From NCBI GenBank assembly GCA_028277865.1, contig JANQFM010000410.1, forward strand, positions 1 to 30,374: DNA of 30,374 nucleotides, read 5' to 3'. The DNA comes from Acidobacteriota bacterium. Its GTDB lineage: Bacteria > Acidobacteriota > UBA6911 > RPQK01 > DATIPO01. Position numbers and translations under genes: made by a program. Under the pieces are notes generated by a model that was not told the origin of the DNA, searched no databases, and worked only from the letters and a program-made list of their open reading frames with translations. Every line of letters begins with the position of its first letter. The stretch's first letter is position 1. This document shows, piece by piece, positions 9,491 to 18,551 of this stretch.

Positions 9491-10744
9491 TCAGGGGACG
9501 CCAGGCGGGTCGAGCCGGACCAGCAGGTTGTAGGTGAAGTCAGCGCCCTCTCCGAAGAAAAAGTCTTCTACTCGGAGGATGTAGGTGCCGTCTTCCGGGA
9601 TCTCCATGCGCAGGAAGCCGTCGTCGCGGAATATCAACTCGTTTTGATCATTGACAGCCAAAACAATCCCATCAGGCCGCTCCACCGCCAGGTAAGTGTC
9701 CAGTACGGAAACGCCTTTTTCCGTGACGGTGTATACGGTCAGGACTTGGCCTTGGGTGGCTGCGATCTGAAAGAGATCCCTTCCGTCTTGGGTATCGATC
9801 ACTCCTGTCACATTGGCGGGCAGCGTCAAGGCCTGTGCGTCACCAACGCTGTTGTTGGGCTCCGCTTCAGGGGTTTCCTGGGTGGTGCCGCGGATGTCGA
9901 AGGCGCCGACGACCGGTCCAAAGTCATTGGCGACCGAGGTCAGGATTCCCGACTCCAAGCGCAAGGCCAGCAGTCCGAAATCGACCGCCGCCGAGACGCT
10001 GACGGATCCCCTGAAATTGTCCAGCCCTGGAAAAAGCGGGGGAGTGCCCGAGCCCGCCCCCAAAAAAGCGGAGGTATGTCCGTTCAAGCCCAAGGGCAGA
10101 ACGGTTGTTGCGCGTACCGTCCCGTCCAATTCGATGAGGCTGATCACGAATCCCTGTGCCGTCGGATCGGGCAGGTTGACGCGTTGAAATGCCCCGTTGG
10201 CCAAGGCCAGGCCCGTATTGATGAAGCGGGCGCTGTCCACTTCGGCTGGAAAGGTGTAGCTGCTGCGGGGGATATCGGCCCGTACGCCGACTTCGGTCTG
10301 CAGGGATCCGTCGGCCATGACCCGCAGCAGCAGGCTGCCCCGGACGGAGGCGCTGCTGGCGAATGTCAGGCGGCCGTAGCCGGGGACGGCGACTTCGGAA
10401 TCCAGGCTGAAGGGGATGATCCGGCTCTCGCCTGCGCCCAGCGGAAAAATCCGTTCTGCCTCCATTCCCGAGTCGGTCTCCAGCGCAAGGGGGGTGCCGT
10501 CGTCGGCGAAAAAGTCCAGCCGGACAGCCTCGTCGTCTTCATAGCCCTGGTTGGTCACGATGATTTCGCCTGAAAAGCCCCCTCCAGCGGCCAGTTGGGC
10601 AAAGGTGACGAACAGGCACCGAGAAGCGCCCGCGAGTTCCTGCGTGCAGTCAAAGCGGGGATCCCCGCCTGCTGTCAGGGAACCCGTCAAGAGAAAAACG
10701 GCTGCTGCAAAGTGCAAGACTGCTGCGGTTCGGCGATTCGGCAT
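9491..10744 (-). CDS. Secreted protein with a C-terminal PPC (pre-peptidase C-terminal)-like domain
   Basis: GGAGG RBS; signal peptide; C-terminal EAEPNNSVGDAQAL..DGRDLFQIAATQGQVLTV..LDTYLAV..VNDQ..GTYILRVEDF..YNLLV; N-terminal beta-rich domain not assignable. Confidence 0.8.
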   Translation of the reverse strand: MPNRRTAAVLHFAAAVFLLTGSLTAGGDPRFDCTQELAGASRCLFVTFAQLAAGGGFSGEIIVTNQGYEDDEAVRLDFFADDGTPLALETDSGMEAERIFPLGAGESRIIPFSLDSEVAVPGYGRLTFASSASVRGSLLLRVMADGSLQTEVGVRADIPRSSYTFPAEVDSARFINTGLALANGAFQRVNLPDPTAQGFVISLIELDGTVRATTVLPLGLNGHTSAFLGAGSGTPPLFPGLDNFRGSVSVSAAVDFGLLALRLESGILTSVANDFGPVVGAFDIRGTTQETPEAEPNNSVGDAQALTLPANVTGVIDTQDGRDLFQIAATQGQVLTVYTVTEKGVSVLDTYLAVERPDGIVLAVNDQNELIFRDDGFLRMEIPEDGTYILRVEDFFFGEGADFTYNLLVRLDPPGVP

Positions 10745-10958
10745 GATGATTCCTCCATCGAAAAGAGGCGCTTGCCAGCGCCGTACTTCGGGTCAGGATG
10801 GCTCCCTCGGCCATGCCCCTGTCGAATCTCGGCCCCAGGATACTATATTCCCGAGGGATTCCTGTGACTGCAGGCGGACAAGGCTGTTGCCGCATGGCCA
10901 GGGCGGGTACAATGGCCTGGGCTTGGCTGGACCGAAACCGGCAGGGGAGGGAGTCTTT

Positions 10959-12251
10959 ATGAATGAGGAAAACTGGTGTCGTCGACGATTCTTGAAGAGC
11001 CTTCCCGCCGGAGCGGCGGCGGCCGGAGTGCTGGAGAGGCTGCTGCAGGCACGTGCGGGCTTTGCAAGCAGCCTGCAGGCCTTGCCGCAGGATCCTTCTC
11101 CAGACTGGGCAGCGCTTGGTGCCCAGTACGGCCTGGCTGAGGGCATCACTTATTTCAACCACGGCTCGATCGGGACCATCCCTGTGCCTTTGCAGCGGGT
11201 GCGTCAAAAGTACCTGGCCCTGTGCGAATCCAACCCCTGGCTTTACATGTGGGACTCCCCTTGGGAGGCGCCTCGCCGGCAAACGCGCCGCAAGGCAGCC
11301 CGATTGATGGGGTGCGGGCCGCACGAGGTGGCGCTCACCCACAACACTACGGAAGGCTTCAACCTTTTGGCCGCCGGCCTTCCTCTGGGCGCGGGAGACG
11401 AAGTCCTCTTCAGCTCCCTCAATCATCCAGGCGCCAGCATTTGCTGGCAGCACCATGGGGCGTCGCGGGGCTACAAGGTGCGCCGCTTCCAGTTTCCGAT
11501 CCAGCAGACCCCAAGAATGGGAAAGGACGAGCTGCTGGACGCCTATGACCGGCACATTACCCGGCGAACCCGTGTCTTGGCTTTCCCGCACATCGACAAC
11601 ATGGTGGGTTTGCGCCACCCGATCGGGGAGCTTGCGGCCCTGGCCCGCTCCAAAGGCGTCGAATTCGTGGCCGTGGACGGCGCACAATCTTTGGGGATGA
11701 TCCCCGTCCAACTGCAGGGGTCGGAGGTCGATTTTTATGCCTGCAGCCCCCACAAGTGGCTGCAGGCGCCCAAAGGGCTGGGCCTGCTCTACATCCGCCG
11801 GCAAGTTCAGGGGCAGCTGCGCCCCATGTGGGTGACCTGGGGGCAGCAGCGCTGGAAGGGGACGGTGCGCATCTTCGAAGACTATGGAACCCGGAATCTT
11901 GCTGAGGTGCTGGTGCTGGGCGATGCCATCGACTTCCAGGCCAAGTTGGGGATCAAGGCCAAACAGGCACGTTACCGCAGACTGTGGCAGCATTTCCGCC
12001 GCCGCGTCCAAGAGAGCCCCGGATTGGTCTGGCTCTCCCCGGCCAGTTGGGATATGGGCGCCTCCCTTTACTCGATCCGGCTGCGGGGGAAAGCCAGCCG
12101 CCAGGTGTTCCAGGCACTTTACCCTCAGCATGGAATGGTCTTCCGCGCCTTCGGCGGACCGGACTTCGACGCCATGCGCCTCTCGCTGAACCTTTTCAAT
12201 ACGTCGGCAGAGATCGACCGATTTGTCGAGGCTGCCCGGTCTCTGGCCTGA
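10959..12251 (+). CDS. Class V PLP-dependent enzyme (isopenicillin N epimerase / C-S lyase-like) with Tat signal
   Basis: Start moved to ATG 10959 after GGGGAGGGAG. CRRRFLK Tat motif; YFNHGSIG, THNTTEG, VDGAQSLG, SPHKWLQAPKGLG (PLP lysine), RLSLNLFN. Confidence 0.9.
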   Translation: MNEENWCRRRFLKSLPAGAAAAGVLERLLQARAGFASSLQALPQDPSPDWAALGAQYGLAEGITYFNHGSIGTIPVPLQRVRQKYLALCESNPWLYMWDSPWEAPRRQTRRKAARLMGCGPHEVALTHNTTEGFNLLAAGLPLGAGDEVLFSSLNHPGASICWQHHGASRGYKVRRFQFPIQQTPRMGKDELLDAYDRHITRRTRVLAFPHIDNMVGLRHPIGELAALARSKGVEFVAVDGAQSLGMIPVQLQGSEVDFYACSPHKWLQAPKGLGLLYIRRQVQGQLRPMWVTWGQQRWKGTVRIFEDYGTRNLAEVLVLGDAIDFQAKLGIKAKQARYRRLWQHFRRRVQESPGLVWLSPASWDMGASLYSIRLRGKASRQVFQALYPQHGMVFRAFGGPDFDAMRLSLNLFNTSAEIDRFVEAARSLA

Positions 12252-12278
12252 GGACCGGGCCTTTGCGCCCACTGGTGA

Positions 12279-12785
12279 ATGCTGATGAAAATCGACCGTA
12301 TCGAGCCCTTCCTGGAATACTTCGAAAGGGTTCGGCAACGCACCCTCCGAGTTGTCGATTGCATTCCATTCCAAGAATTCGAATGGACTTACCGGGAGGG
12401 CAAGTTCACCCTGGCTGACTTGATCCGGCACTTGGCAGCCACCGAACGCTACATGTTTGCCGAAAACGCCTGCGGCCGCCCCAGCCGCTATCCGGGGCAC
12501 GGCAAGGAGTTGGCCGACGGCCCTGAAGAGGTCTTGGCCTACTTTGACGAGATGCACCGCCAATCGATGAAAATCCTCTCGGCCCTCACTCCCCAGGATC
12601 TGCGCAAGAAATGCCGGGCGCCCTCGGGAATGCCCATCACAGTTTGGAAATGGCTCAGGGCCATGCTGGAACACGAAGTTCATCATCGCGGGCAGATCTA
12701 CCTCTACTTGTCTCTTCTGGGCGTCGCCACACCGCCTCTATACGGCATGACATCCGAAGAGGTCCGACAGGCCAGCAATCCTTGA
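12279..12785 (+). CDS. DinB/YfiT-like family protein
   Basis: TLADLIRHLAATE and MLEHEVHHRGQIYLYL His motifs; 168 aa. Start could be 12285. Confidence 0.9.
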   Translation: MLMKIDRIEPFLEYFERVRQRTLRVVDCIPFQEFEWTYREGKFTLADLIRHLAATERYMFAENACGRPSRYPGHGKELADGPEEVLAYFDEMHRQSMKILSALTPQDLRKKCRAPSGMPITVWKWLRAMLEHEVHHRGQIYLYLSLLGVATPPLYGMTSEEVRQASNP

Positions 12786-12829
12786 GGAGCAGGCAGGAAA
12801 GGTCTGGAGCGCGGCAGGCGCCGATCAAC

Positions 12830-13624
12830 TCACCAGTGCTTGCGGCGCACGGCACAGCCGCCCAGGGCGGCCAATCCGGTCAGCAGCAAAAACAGGCTGC
12901 CCGGCTCCGGCACAACCGCGGCGTTGGGGTTGGGGCGGACGCTGTCCCGGTCATGGTCCGGACGACCGCGGGTGTTTCTTTCTTCGTCCAGGCAATCATC
13001 GGGCGCGCCTTCGCAAGGATCCTGCTGCTGGCTGATGGGATCGGGCGCGCCTCCATCCCTGTCGTGAGAGCGACCCCTGCTGCCGGCAAAGAAGACCGTC
13101 TCCAAAGGGTTTTCCTCCATCTGCTGAGAGAGCGTGTAATGCTGGGGAAGCTGCGATGCGCCCAAATACTTACCCGCCAGAAGCCGTTCCCCGTCCGGCT
13201 TGGGGAACTGAACTTGGGGATGGTTCAAGGAGTCCGGCGGAGTTTGCCTGCGCAGCGCCAAGTCAGCCAGCATCGTCTCAGGCTGGAAGGAAATCTCGAG
13301 GTCGCTCAAATCGGGGACCGAGGCCCGGCCGTAAAGCAAGTCCAGGTAGGGGCGGGGGTAATGAGGGCCCAGATCGAAGACGAAATCATCCAGATCCAGC
13401 AGGGGAGGCAGCTGAGGGGCTTCGGCAGCGTCGCGCAAGACAGTCGGCTTGCTGACCCGGACCAGAGCCAAGGTGGAGAGAGAAAAAGCAACCAGCAAAA
13501 CAACGACCCAGAAACTCCAACGGTCCTTGAGAACCGCACGCCATCCTCCCAGCCGTTTCTGGTGGTCGCGCTTTGAAGAGGCGTAGCCGTAAGCTGAAGT
13601 GGTCCCGGGCCTTCGCCTACTCAT
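12830..13624 (-). CDS. PEP-CTERM sorting-domain protein
   Basis: C-terminal VPEPGSLFLLLTGLAALGGCAVRRKHW; N-terminal hydrophobic stretch WSFWVVVLLVAFSLSTLALV; GGGAG RBS. Confidence 0.88.
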   Translation of the reverse strand: MSRRRPGTTSAYGYASSKRDHQKRLGGWRAVLKDRWSFWVVVLLVAFSLSTLALVRVSKPTVLRDAAEAPQLPPLLDLDDFVFDLGPHYPRPYLDLLYGRASVPDLSDLEISFQPETMLADLALRRQTPPDSLNHPQVQFPKPDGERLLAGKYLGASQLPQHYTLSQQMEENPLETVFFAGSRGRSHDRDGGAPDPISQQQDPCEGAPDDCLDEERNTRGRPDHDRDSVRPNPNAAVVPEPGSLFLLLTGLAALGGCAVRRKHW

Positions 13625-13713
13625 CGATCAAACTCCCAGTGTGCGAATCCCAACTGTCAGCCGCCCAAGCGAAGCAGACAGGCTAAACGCAGCCCGAAGG
13701 CGCACTCGAAGCA

Positions 13714-13730
13714 CGCAACACCTGTGCCAG
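13714..13730 (-). promoter_or_regulatory. sigma54 (-24/-12) promoter of the PEP-CTERM gene
   Basis: CTGGCACAGGTGTTGCG with exact GG-N10-GC spacing, about 90 nt upstream of ATG 13624. Confidence 0.75.
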
Positions 13731-13767
13731 AAGCGGGTTGCCTGAAGCGACATCAGCGTGTAGAGCA

Positions 13768-13780
13768 CATCTGGTTGATT
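13768..13780 (-). promoter_or_regulatory. IHF-like site
   Basis: AATCAACCAGATG versus consensus WATCAANNNNTTR (one mismatch), lying between the sigma54 site and the upstream palindromes. Confidence 0.4.
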
Positions 13781-13861
13781 AAAGAGGACTTGCGGTGCCC
13801 TGTCGCAAGCGGGACAGGTTCGGATAGGCCTGTTGGGAAAGGTTCCTCGGACCCGAAGAGC

Positions 13862-13878
13862 TGTCAAGAATTTTGACG
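13862..13878. promoter_or_regulatory. Palindromic enhancer-like site 1
   Basis: TGTCAA-GAATT-TTGACG. Confidence 0.5.
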
Positions 13879-13959
13879 CCGCAGCAGCGCCGAGATGACT
13901 TCTCGAGTGAAGCCCTTTGTTTTCAGGTGCTTGGAGATGGATTATGGCGACCCGCAGGC

Positions 13960-13976
13960 TGTCAGGATTTCCGACA
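13960..13976. promoter_or_regulatory. Palindromic enhancer-like site 2
   Basis: TGTCAG-GATTT-CCGACA (TGT-N11-ACA), same length and core as site 1. Confidence 0.45.
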
Positions 13977-14009
13977 TCCGAATCATTCCGCCTGATCGCG
14001 TCGGCAAGC

Positions 14010-14579
14010 TCAGGCATCCTTGCTCTGTTTGGCAGAGCCTTCCGCCTTTTGGGAGGCCTTGGGATCCTCTGGTTCTTGGGCCGGCTGATCCTCAGCTTCG
14101 GCCTCGGCTTCGGCTTTCTCCTTGTCCGGGGCGGCCTTGGCAGATTCACTTGGCGGCTTGGCGTCTTTTTTCTCGGGTTTCTTGGCGGCCTTGGCTTCTT
14201 TCTTGGCGGCCTCCGGATCCAGTTCGCTGCCAATCAGCTCGATAAGGGCCATCTCGGCAGCATCCCCCTTGCGGGGCCCGAGGCGGATGATGCGCGTGTA
14301 GCCTCCGTTGCGGTCGGCGAAACGGGGCGCCAGGGAGTCGAAGAGCTTATGGACCACAGACTTGCGGCGAATGACCGACAGGGCCTGACGCCGGGCATGC
14401 AGAGACTCGCGCTTGCCCAAAGTGATCATCTTTTCAGCGAAGGGGCGCAGTTCCTTGGCCTTGGGCACTGTGGTCACGATTCGTTCCTTGTCCAGGAAAT
14501 CCGTCACCATTGTGCGCAGCAAAGCCTTGCGGTGACTGGAAGTACGGCCCAGCTTGCGGTGTGCTCGACGATGTCGCAT
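14010..14579 (-). CDS. rplQ: 50S ribosomal protein L17 with a low-complexity C-terminal tail
   Basis: [54 protein letters not shown]. Confidence 0.98.
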   Translation of the reverse strand: MRHRRAHRKLGRTSSHRKALLRTMVTDFLDKERIVTTVPKAKELRPFAEKMITLGKRESLHARRQALSVIRRKSVVHKLFDSLAPRFADRNGGYTRIIRLGPRKGDAAEMALIELIGSELDPEAAKKEAKAAKKPEKKDAKPPSESAKAAPDKEKAEAEAEAEDQPAQEPEDPKASQKAEGSAKQSKDA

Positions 14580-14608
14580 TGCGATGACTCCTTGCTGCCG
14601 ACTGCCAA

Positions 14609-15601
14609 CTATCCTTCAGCCTGCTCGACGATGGGGCGCCCCTTTTCGTCCATCTTCATTCCGAATGACAGCCCCATGTCAGCCAAGATCTCCTTGATCT
14701 CATTCAGGGACTTGCGGCCGAAGTTTTTGGTCTTGAGCATTTCTGGCTCGGTACGGGTGACCAGTTCGGCGATGGTCCGGATATTGGCGTTCTTGAGGCA
14801 GTTGTAGGAACGCACCGACAGCTCCAGTTCCTCGACCGACTTGTTGAGGGCCTCGTTCATGGAACTGTACTGGCCGTCATCCTCCCGATCGCCCCGGTCG
14901 GGCTCCTCCTCGAAGTTGATGAAGATAAAAAGCTGGTCCTTGAGGATCTTGGCGGCCTGGGCGATGGCGTCTTCAGGCTTGATGCAGCCGTTGGTATGAA
15001 CTTCGAGGATCAGCCGGTCATAGTCGGTCGACTGGCCCAGACGGGCGGCCTCCACGGTGAAATTGGCCTTGCGGATGGGAGAGTGGACCGAGTCGACAGG
15101 GATGTAGCCGATGCCGAATTCCTCTTCGTAGTTCTCATCGGCCGGCACGTAGCCGCGGTTTTTCTTGAGGCGCATCTCCATTTTCAATTGGCCCGTCTTG
15201 TCGACGGTTGCGATGTGAATGTCCTTGTCGAGGATTTCGACGTCGGGGTCGGGCTTGATGTCCCCGCTGCTGACCTCGCCGGCCCCTTGGGATTCCAGGT
15301 AGATGGTCTTTTCTTCACCGGAGAGCAGTTTGATGGGGATCTTCTTCAGGTTCATGATGATGTCGGTGACATCTTCCTTGACCCCGGGCATGGAGGAGAA
15401 TTCGTGAAGCACCCCGTCAATCTTGACTGCCGTTATGGCGGCGCCTTGGATGGAGGAGAGCAGAATCCGCCTCAGGGCGTTGCCGATCGTGGTCCCGAAT
15501 CCCCTCTCGAAGGGCTGAGCGTAGAAGTAGCCGTAGGTGGGGCTGAGCTTTTCGATATCGTAAGCCAACCGCTTGGGTCGCTGAAAACCATTTTCGTTCA
15601 C
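14609..15601 (-). CDS. rpoA: RNA polymerase alpha subunit
   Basis: [54 protein letters not shown]; GTG start. Confidence 0.99.
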   Translation of the reverse strand: MNENGFQRPKRLAYDIEKLSPTYGYFYAQPFERGFGTTIGNALRRILLSSIQGAAITAVKIDGVLHEFSSMPGVKEDVTDIIMNLKKIPIKLLSGEEKTIYLESQGAGEVSSGDIKPDPDVEILDKDIHIATVDKTGQLKMEMRLKKNRGYVPADENYEEEFGIGYIPVDSVHSPIRKANFTVEAARLGQSTDYDRLILEVHTNGCIKPEDAIAQAAKILKDQLFIFINFEEEPDRGDREDDGQYSSMNEALNKSVEELELSVRSYNCLKNANIRTIAELVTRTEPEMLKTKNFGRKSLNEIKEILADMGLSFGMKMDEKGRPIVEQAEG

Positions 15602-15799
15602 GTCTTAATCCCCCTTTTTGCAAGACCGCCGTCCAGCTGTTTTTTTCGAAAGCGCTTTGCTGTTAGGCTCAACTGACGGTGAGGCGGGCAAGATTTTTCG
15701 TTTCGGATGCCCTTCGCCGATGCTGCTTGGATCCAACCGCTTGGCTGATTCGCAAGGCGGCCGTCAGGCGCGTTGGCGGCTGACGGCTGCCGGATGAAG

Positions 15800-16432
15800 C
15801 TACTTGGAGTACAGCTCGACGATCAGAGACTCCTCAATTGGCGCCTGAATATCCTCTCGGCTGGGCAACTCCAACACCTGACCCTTCAGGTTTTCGCCTT
15901 CCAGGTTGAGCCAGGAAGGCACGCCGCGCCCGGCCATCGACTCCACCGAGCTGAGGATAAAAGGGTTCTTGCGGCTTTTTTCCCGAATGCTGATTTCGTC
16001 GTCCTTGGAACACAGAAAGGACGGGACATTCACCTTGCGGCCATTCACCTGCACGTGCCCGTGGCGAACCAATTGCCTGGCCTGATTGCGTGAGGTGGCG
16101 AAGCCGATCCGGTAGACCACGTTGTCCAGGCGCCGCTCCAAGAACTGCAGCAGAAGGGTACCAGTGACCCCTTTGCGCCGGGCCGCCATCTTGAAGTAGC
16201 GCCGAAACTGGTTTTCCAGGACTCCGTACATGCGCTTGACCTTCTGCTTTTCGCGCAGTTGGAGGCCATAACCGATCAGTTTGCGCTGACGCATGATCCG
16301 ACCGTGCTCGCCGGGGACAAAGTTGCGCTTTTCGACGGCGCACTTTTCCGTGAAGCAGCGTTGCCCTTTCAAGAAGAGCTTCATGCCTTCGCGCCTGCAC
16401 AACCTGCAGACAGGCCCAGTGTATCGTGCCAA
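15800..16432 (-). CDS. rpsD: 30S ribosomal protein S4 (Zn-ribbon form)
   Basis: TTG start 16432 after GGAGG; [41 protein letters not shown]. Confidence 0.98.
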   Translation of the reverse strand: MARYTGPVCRLCRREGMKLFLKGQRCFTEKCAVEKRNFVPGEHGRIMRQRKLIGYGLQLREKQKVKRMYGVLENQFRRYFKMAARRKGVTGTLLLQFLERRLDNVVYRIGFATSRNQARQLVRHGHVQVNGRKVNVPSFLCSKDDEISIREKSRKNPFILSSVESMAGRGVPSWLNLEGENLKGQVLELPSREDIQAPIEESLIVELYSK

Positions 16433-16499
16433 CTTTTCCTTCCTCCCTGAATCGCCGCACGCCACATGCGGCGGCTGGAAACTTTCAAAACGGCGGGCC

Positions 16500-16913
16500 T
16501 TAGACGCGCCTTTTCTTGGGCGGACGGCAGCCGTTGTGCGGGATGGGCGTCACGTCCCGGATGGAACGGATGCGCAGCCCTCCCGCCTGCAGCGACCGAA
16601 TGGCCGCCTCGCGGCCAGCGCCGGGGCCCTGGACCTGGACGTCGCAGTACTTCATGCCGTACTGGTCCGAAGCCATGGCTGCAACCCGGTGAGCGGCCTG
16701 AGAAGCGGCAAAGGGCGTGCTCTTGCGGCTGCCCTTGAATCCCTGGGCGCCGGCGCTGGAATGGGTCAGGATATTGCCGTCCAGATCGCTGATGGCGACG
16801 AGGGTGTTGTTGAAGGTTGCCTTGATGTGGGCAATCCCGTGAATGATCGTGCGCCGTTCCCTTCTCTTCCCGGCCTTTTTGCGCCCGGTTTTCTTCTTGC
16901 CAGCTTTTGCCAT
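16500..16913 (-). CDS. rpsK: 30S ribosomal protein S11
   Basis: [48 protein letters not shown]. Confidence 0.99.
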   Translation of the reverse strand: MAKAGKKKTGRKKAGKRRERRTIIHGIAHIKATFNNTLVAISDLDGNILTHSSAGAQGFKGSRKSTPFAASQAAHRVAAMASDQYGMKYCDVQVQGPGAGREAAIRSLQAGGLRIRSIRDVTPIPHNGCRPPKKRRV

Positions 16914-16974
16914 TGTTGTCCTTGTCGTTCAGCTGCGAGCGCTGTACTGGGCTGCCGCGCCTGCTGACCGCGCA

Positions 16975-17346
16975 TTACCTCTTGCGTCGGCGAATCCCTG
17001 TTTTCTTGGGGCCTTTGCGGGTGCGGGCGTTGGTGTGGGTGCGCTGGCCGCGTACCGGAAGGCCTCGGCGGTGGCGCAGGCCACGGTAACAGCCGATATC
17101 CATCAGGCGCTTGATGTTGAGCTGGACCTCCTTGCGCAGGTCGCCTTCAACGCGCCCCTCATCCTGAATGGTGCGCTGGATGCGGGTGAATTCCTCCTCG
17201 CTCAACTCGCGCACTTTCTTGTCTTCGCTGACCTTGGACTTGGCCAGAATCGTCTGCGACCGCGTCTTTCCAATGCCGTAGATGTAAGTCAGCGAAATCA
17301 CCACCCGCTTGTTGTCGGGTATGTTCACACCAGCCAATCGTGCCAT
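16975..17346 (-). CDS. rpsM: 30S ribosomal protein S13
   Basis: [45 protein letters not shown]. Confidence 0.99.
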   Translation of the reverse strand: MARLAGVNIPDNKRVVISLTYIYGIGKTRSQTILAKSKVSEDKKVRELSEEEFTRIQRTIQDEGRVEGDLRKEVQLNIKRLMDIGCYRGLRHRRGLPVRGQRTHTNARTRKGPKKTGIRRRKR

Positions 17347-17438
17347 GGTCTTCCTCGATGAAAAACGCCAGCAAGAAAAAAATGATAAAGATACACGAAA
17401 ACGCCCTCGCGGTCAAAGCTTTCGTGCCGCGGAATTCT

Positions 17439-17552
17439 TCATCCTTGCCGTTGCTTGTGCTTGGGGTTGGGACAGATGACCCGCACCACTCCGTGGCGCC
17501 GGATCACCTTGCAGTTCACGCACATTTTCTTGACCGAAGCTCGAACTTTCAT
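17439..17552 (-). CDS. rpmJ: 50S ribosomal protein L36 (not in the ORF track)
   Basis: Hand translation [37 protein letters not shown]; AAGGA RBS. Confidence 0.98.
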   Translation of the reverse strand: MKVRASVKKMCVNCKVIRRHGVVRVICPNPKHKQRQG

Positions 17553-17609
17553 GATCAATTCCTTCGCCAGGCGCCTGCCATTGCCCGCGGGCGGCTGAGT
17601 CTTCGTTCA

Positions 17610-17762
17610 ACCAGGAGGTCGGAGACCGGAAACCGGCAGAGGGCTCTGGAAACCGAGGCAGCCCGAGTTTGCAATGGCTGATGCCGCCTGGTAAAGGCCT
17701 CCTCCCATGTTCTTTCCTTCGTCTTCTTCTGCCGGCTTCCGGTCACCGGTCACCGGTTTCCC
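17610..17762. repeat. Inverted heptamer-repeat element in the map-rpmJ spacer
   Basis: mRNA-sense arm GAAACCG GTGACCG GTGACCG GAAGCCG GCAGA; ACCGGAAGCCGGCAGA (17743-17728) pairs with TCTGCCGGTTTCCGGT (17640-17625), 15/16 plus one G-U. Confidence 0.7.
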
Positions 17763-17783
17763 GCAGTCCTACGCGCTGCCGTT

Positions 17784-18527
17784 CTATTCGCTCAGAATCC
17801 AGGGGCCGTTTTCCGTTACCGCGACGGAGTGCTCGAAGTGGGCGCTGTAGCCTCCATCGGCCGTCACAGCCGTCCAGCGGTCTCGCAGCAGCTTGGTTTC
17901 GGGTCCCTTGGAGTTGACCATGGGCTCGATGGCCAGCACCATTCCCGGCCGCAGCCGCGGCCCCCGGCCCGGCCGCCCATAGTTGGGCACCTGGGGATCC
18001 TCATGCAAGGACTTGCCCACCCCGTGGCCGACAAATTCGCGCACCACCGAAAATCCATGCGCTTCGACATAGCGCTGCACAGCGGCCGAGATGTCGGAAA
18101 CCCTGTTGCCCGGCTTGACCTGCTCGATTCCCTTGTAGAGCGACTCGCGGGTGACCTTGAGCAGATCGAGCATCTCGGGCAGAATCTTTCCCACCGGATA
18201 AGTGCGGGCAGAGTCGCCGTGATAGCCCTTGAAAAAGGCCCCCACGTCGATGCTGACGATGTCGCCCTCCTTGAGGGTGCGCGGGCCGGGGATGCCATGG
18301 ACGATCTCGTCATTGACTGAAATGCACACATTGGCCGGAAAACCCCGGTAGCCCTTGAAGGAGGGCACGGCGCCGGCCTTGCGGATCATCTCATTGGCCA
18401 CCCGGTCCAACTGCGCAGTCGTGACTCCCGGCTTGATCAGCTCCTGCAGGCGACCCAGTACCCGAGCCACGATCAGGTTGGCTTCCCGCATGGTGGCCAG
18501 TTCGGATTTTCCTTTGCAAATGATCAT
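17784..18527 (-). CDS. map: Type I methionine aminopeptidase
   Basis: CISVNDEIVHGIP, GDIVSIDVG, GYHGDSART, GHGVG, HEDPQVPNYG, AIEPMV, SAHFEHSVAVT. Confidence 0.99.
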   Translation of the reverse strand: MIICKGKSELATMREANLIVARVLGRLQELIKPGVTTAQLDRVANEMIRKAGAVPSFKGYRGFPANVCISVNDEIVHGIPGPRTLKEGDIVSIDVGAFFKGYHGDSARTYPVGKILPEMLDLLKVTRESLYKGIEQVKPGNRVSDISAAVQRYVEAHGFSVVREFVGHGVGKSLHEDPQVPNYGRPGRGPRLRPGMVLAIEPMVNSKGPETKLLRDRWTAVTADGGYSAHFEHSVAVTENGPWILSE

Positions 18528-18551
18528 CGCACTAATGACCCAAGGCCTGCT

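Noticed and set aside
9245-10573. 442-aa plus-strand ORF
   Set aside because: Antisense to the PPC-domain gene, and its start runs through the hairpin cluster.
10887-10913. TTGCCG..TACAAT promoter for the PLP enzyme
   Set aside because: The -10 is good but the spacer is only 15 nt; not supported enough to list.
10650-12686. 678-aa minus-strand ORF
   Set aside because: Lies antisense to the well-supported PLP enzyme and DinB genes; composition is typical of a shadow frame.
13628-14233. 201-aa minus-strand ORF
   Set aside because: Frame-shifted overlap with the rplQ tail and runs through the sigma54 regulatory region.
17555-17746. 63-aa ORF as a possible IF-1 or four-helix-bundle remnant
   Set aside because: No IF-1 motifs; any resemblance to helix-bundle proteins in other frames is too short to support.
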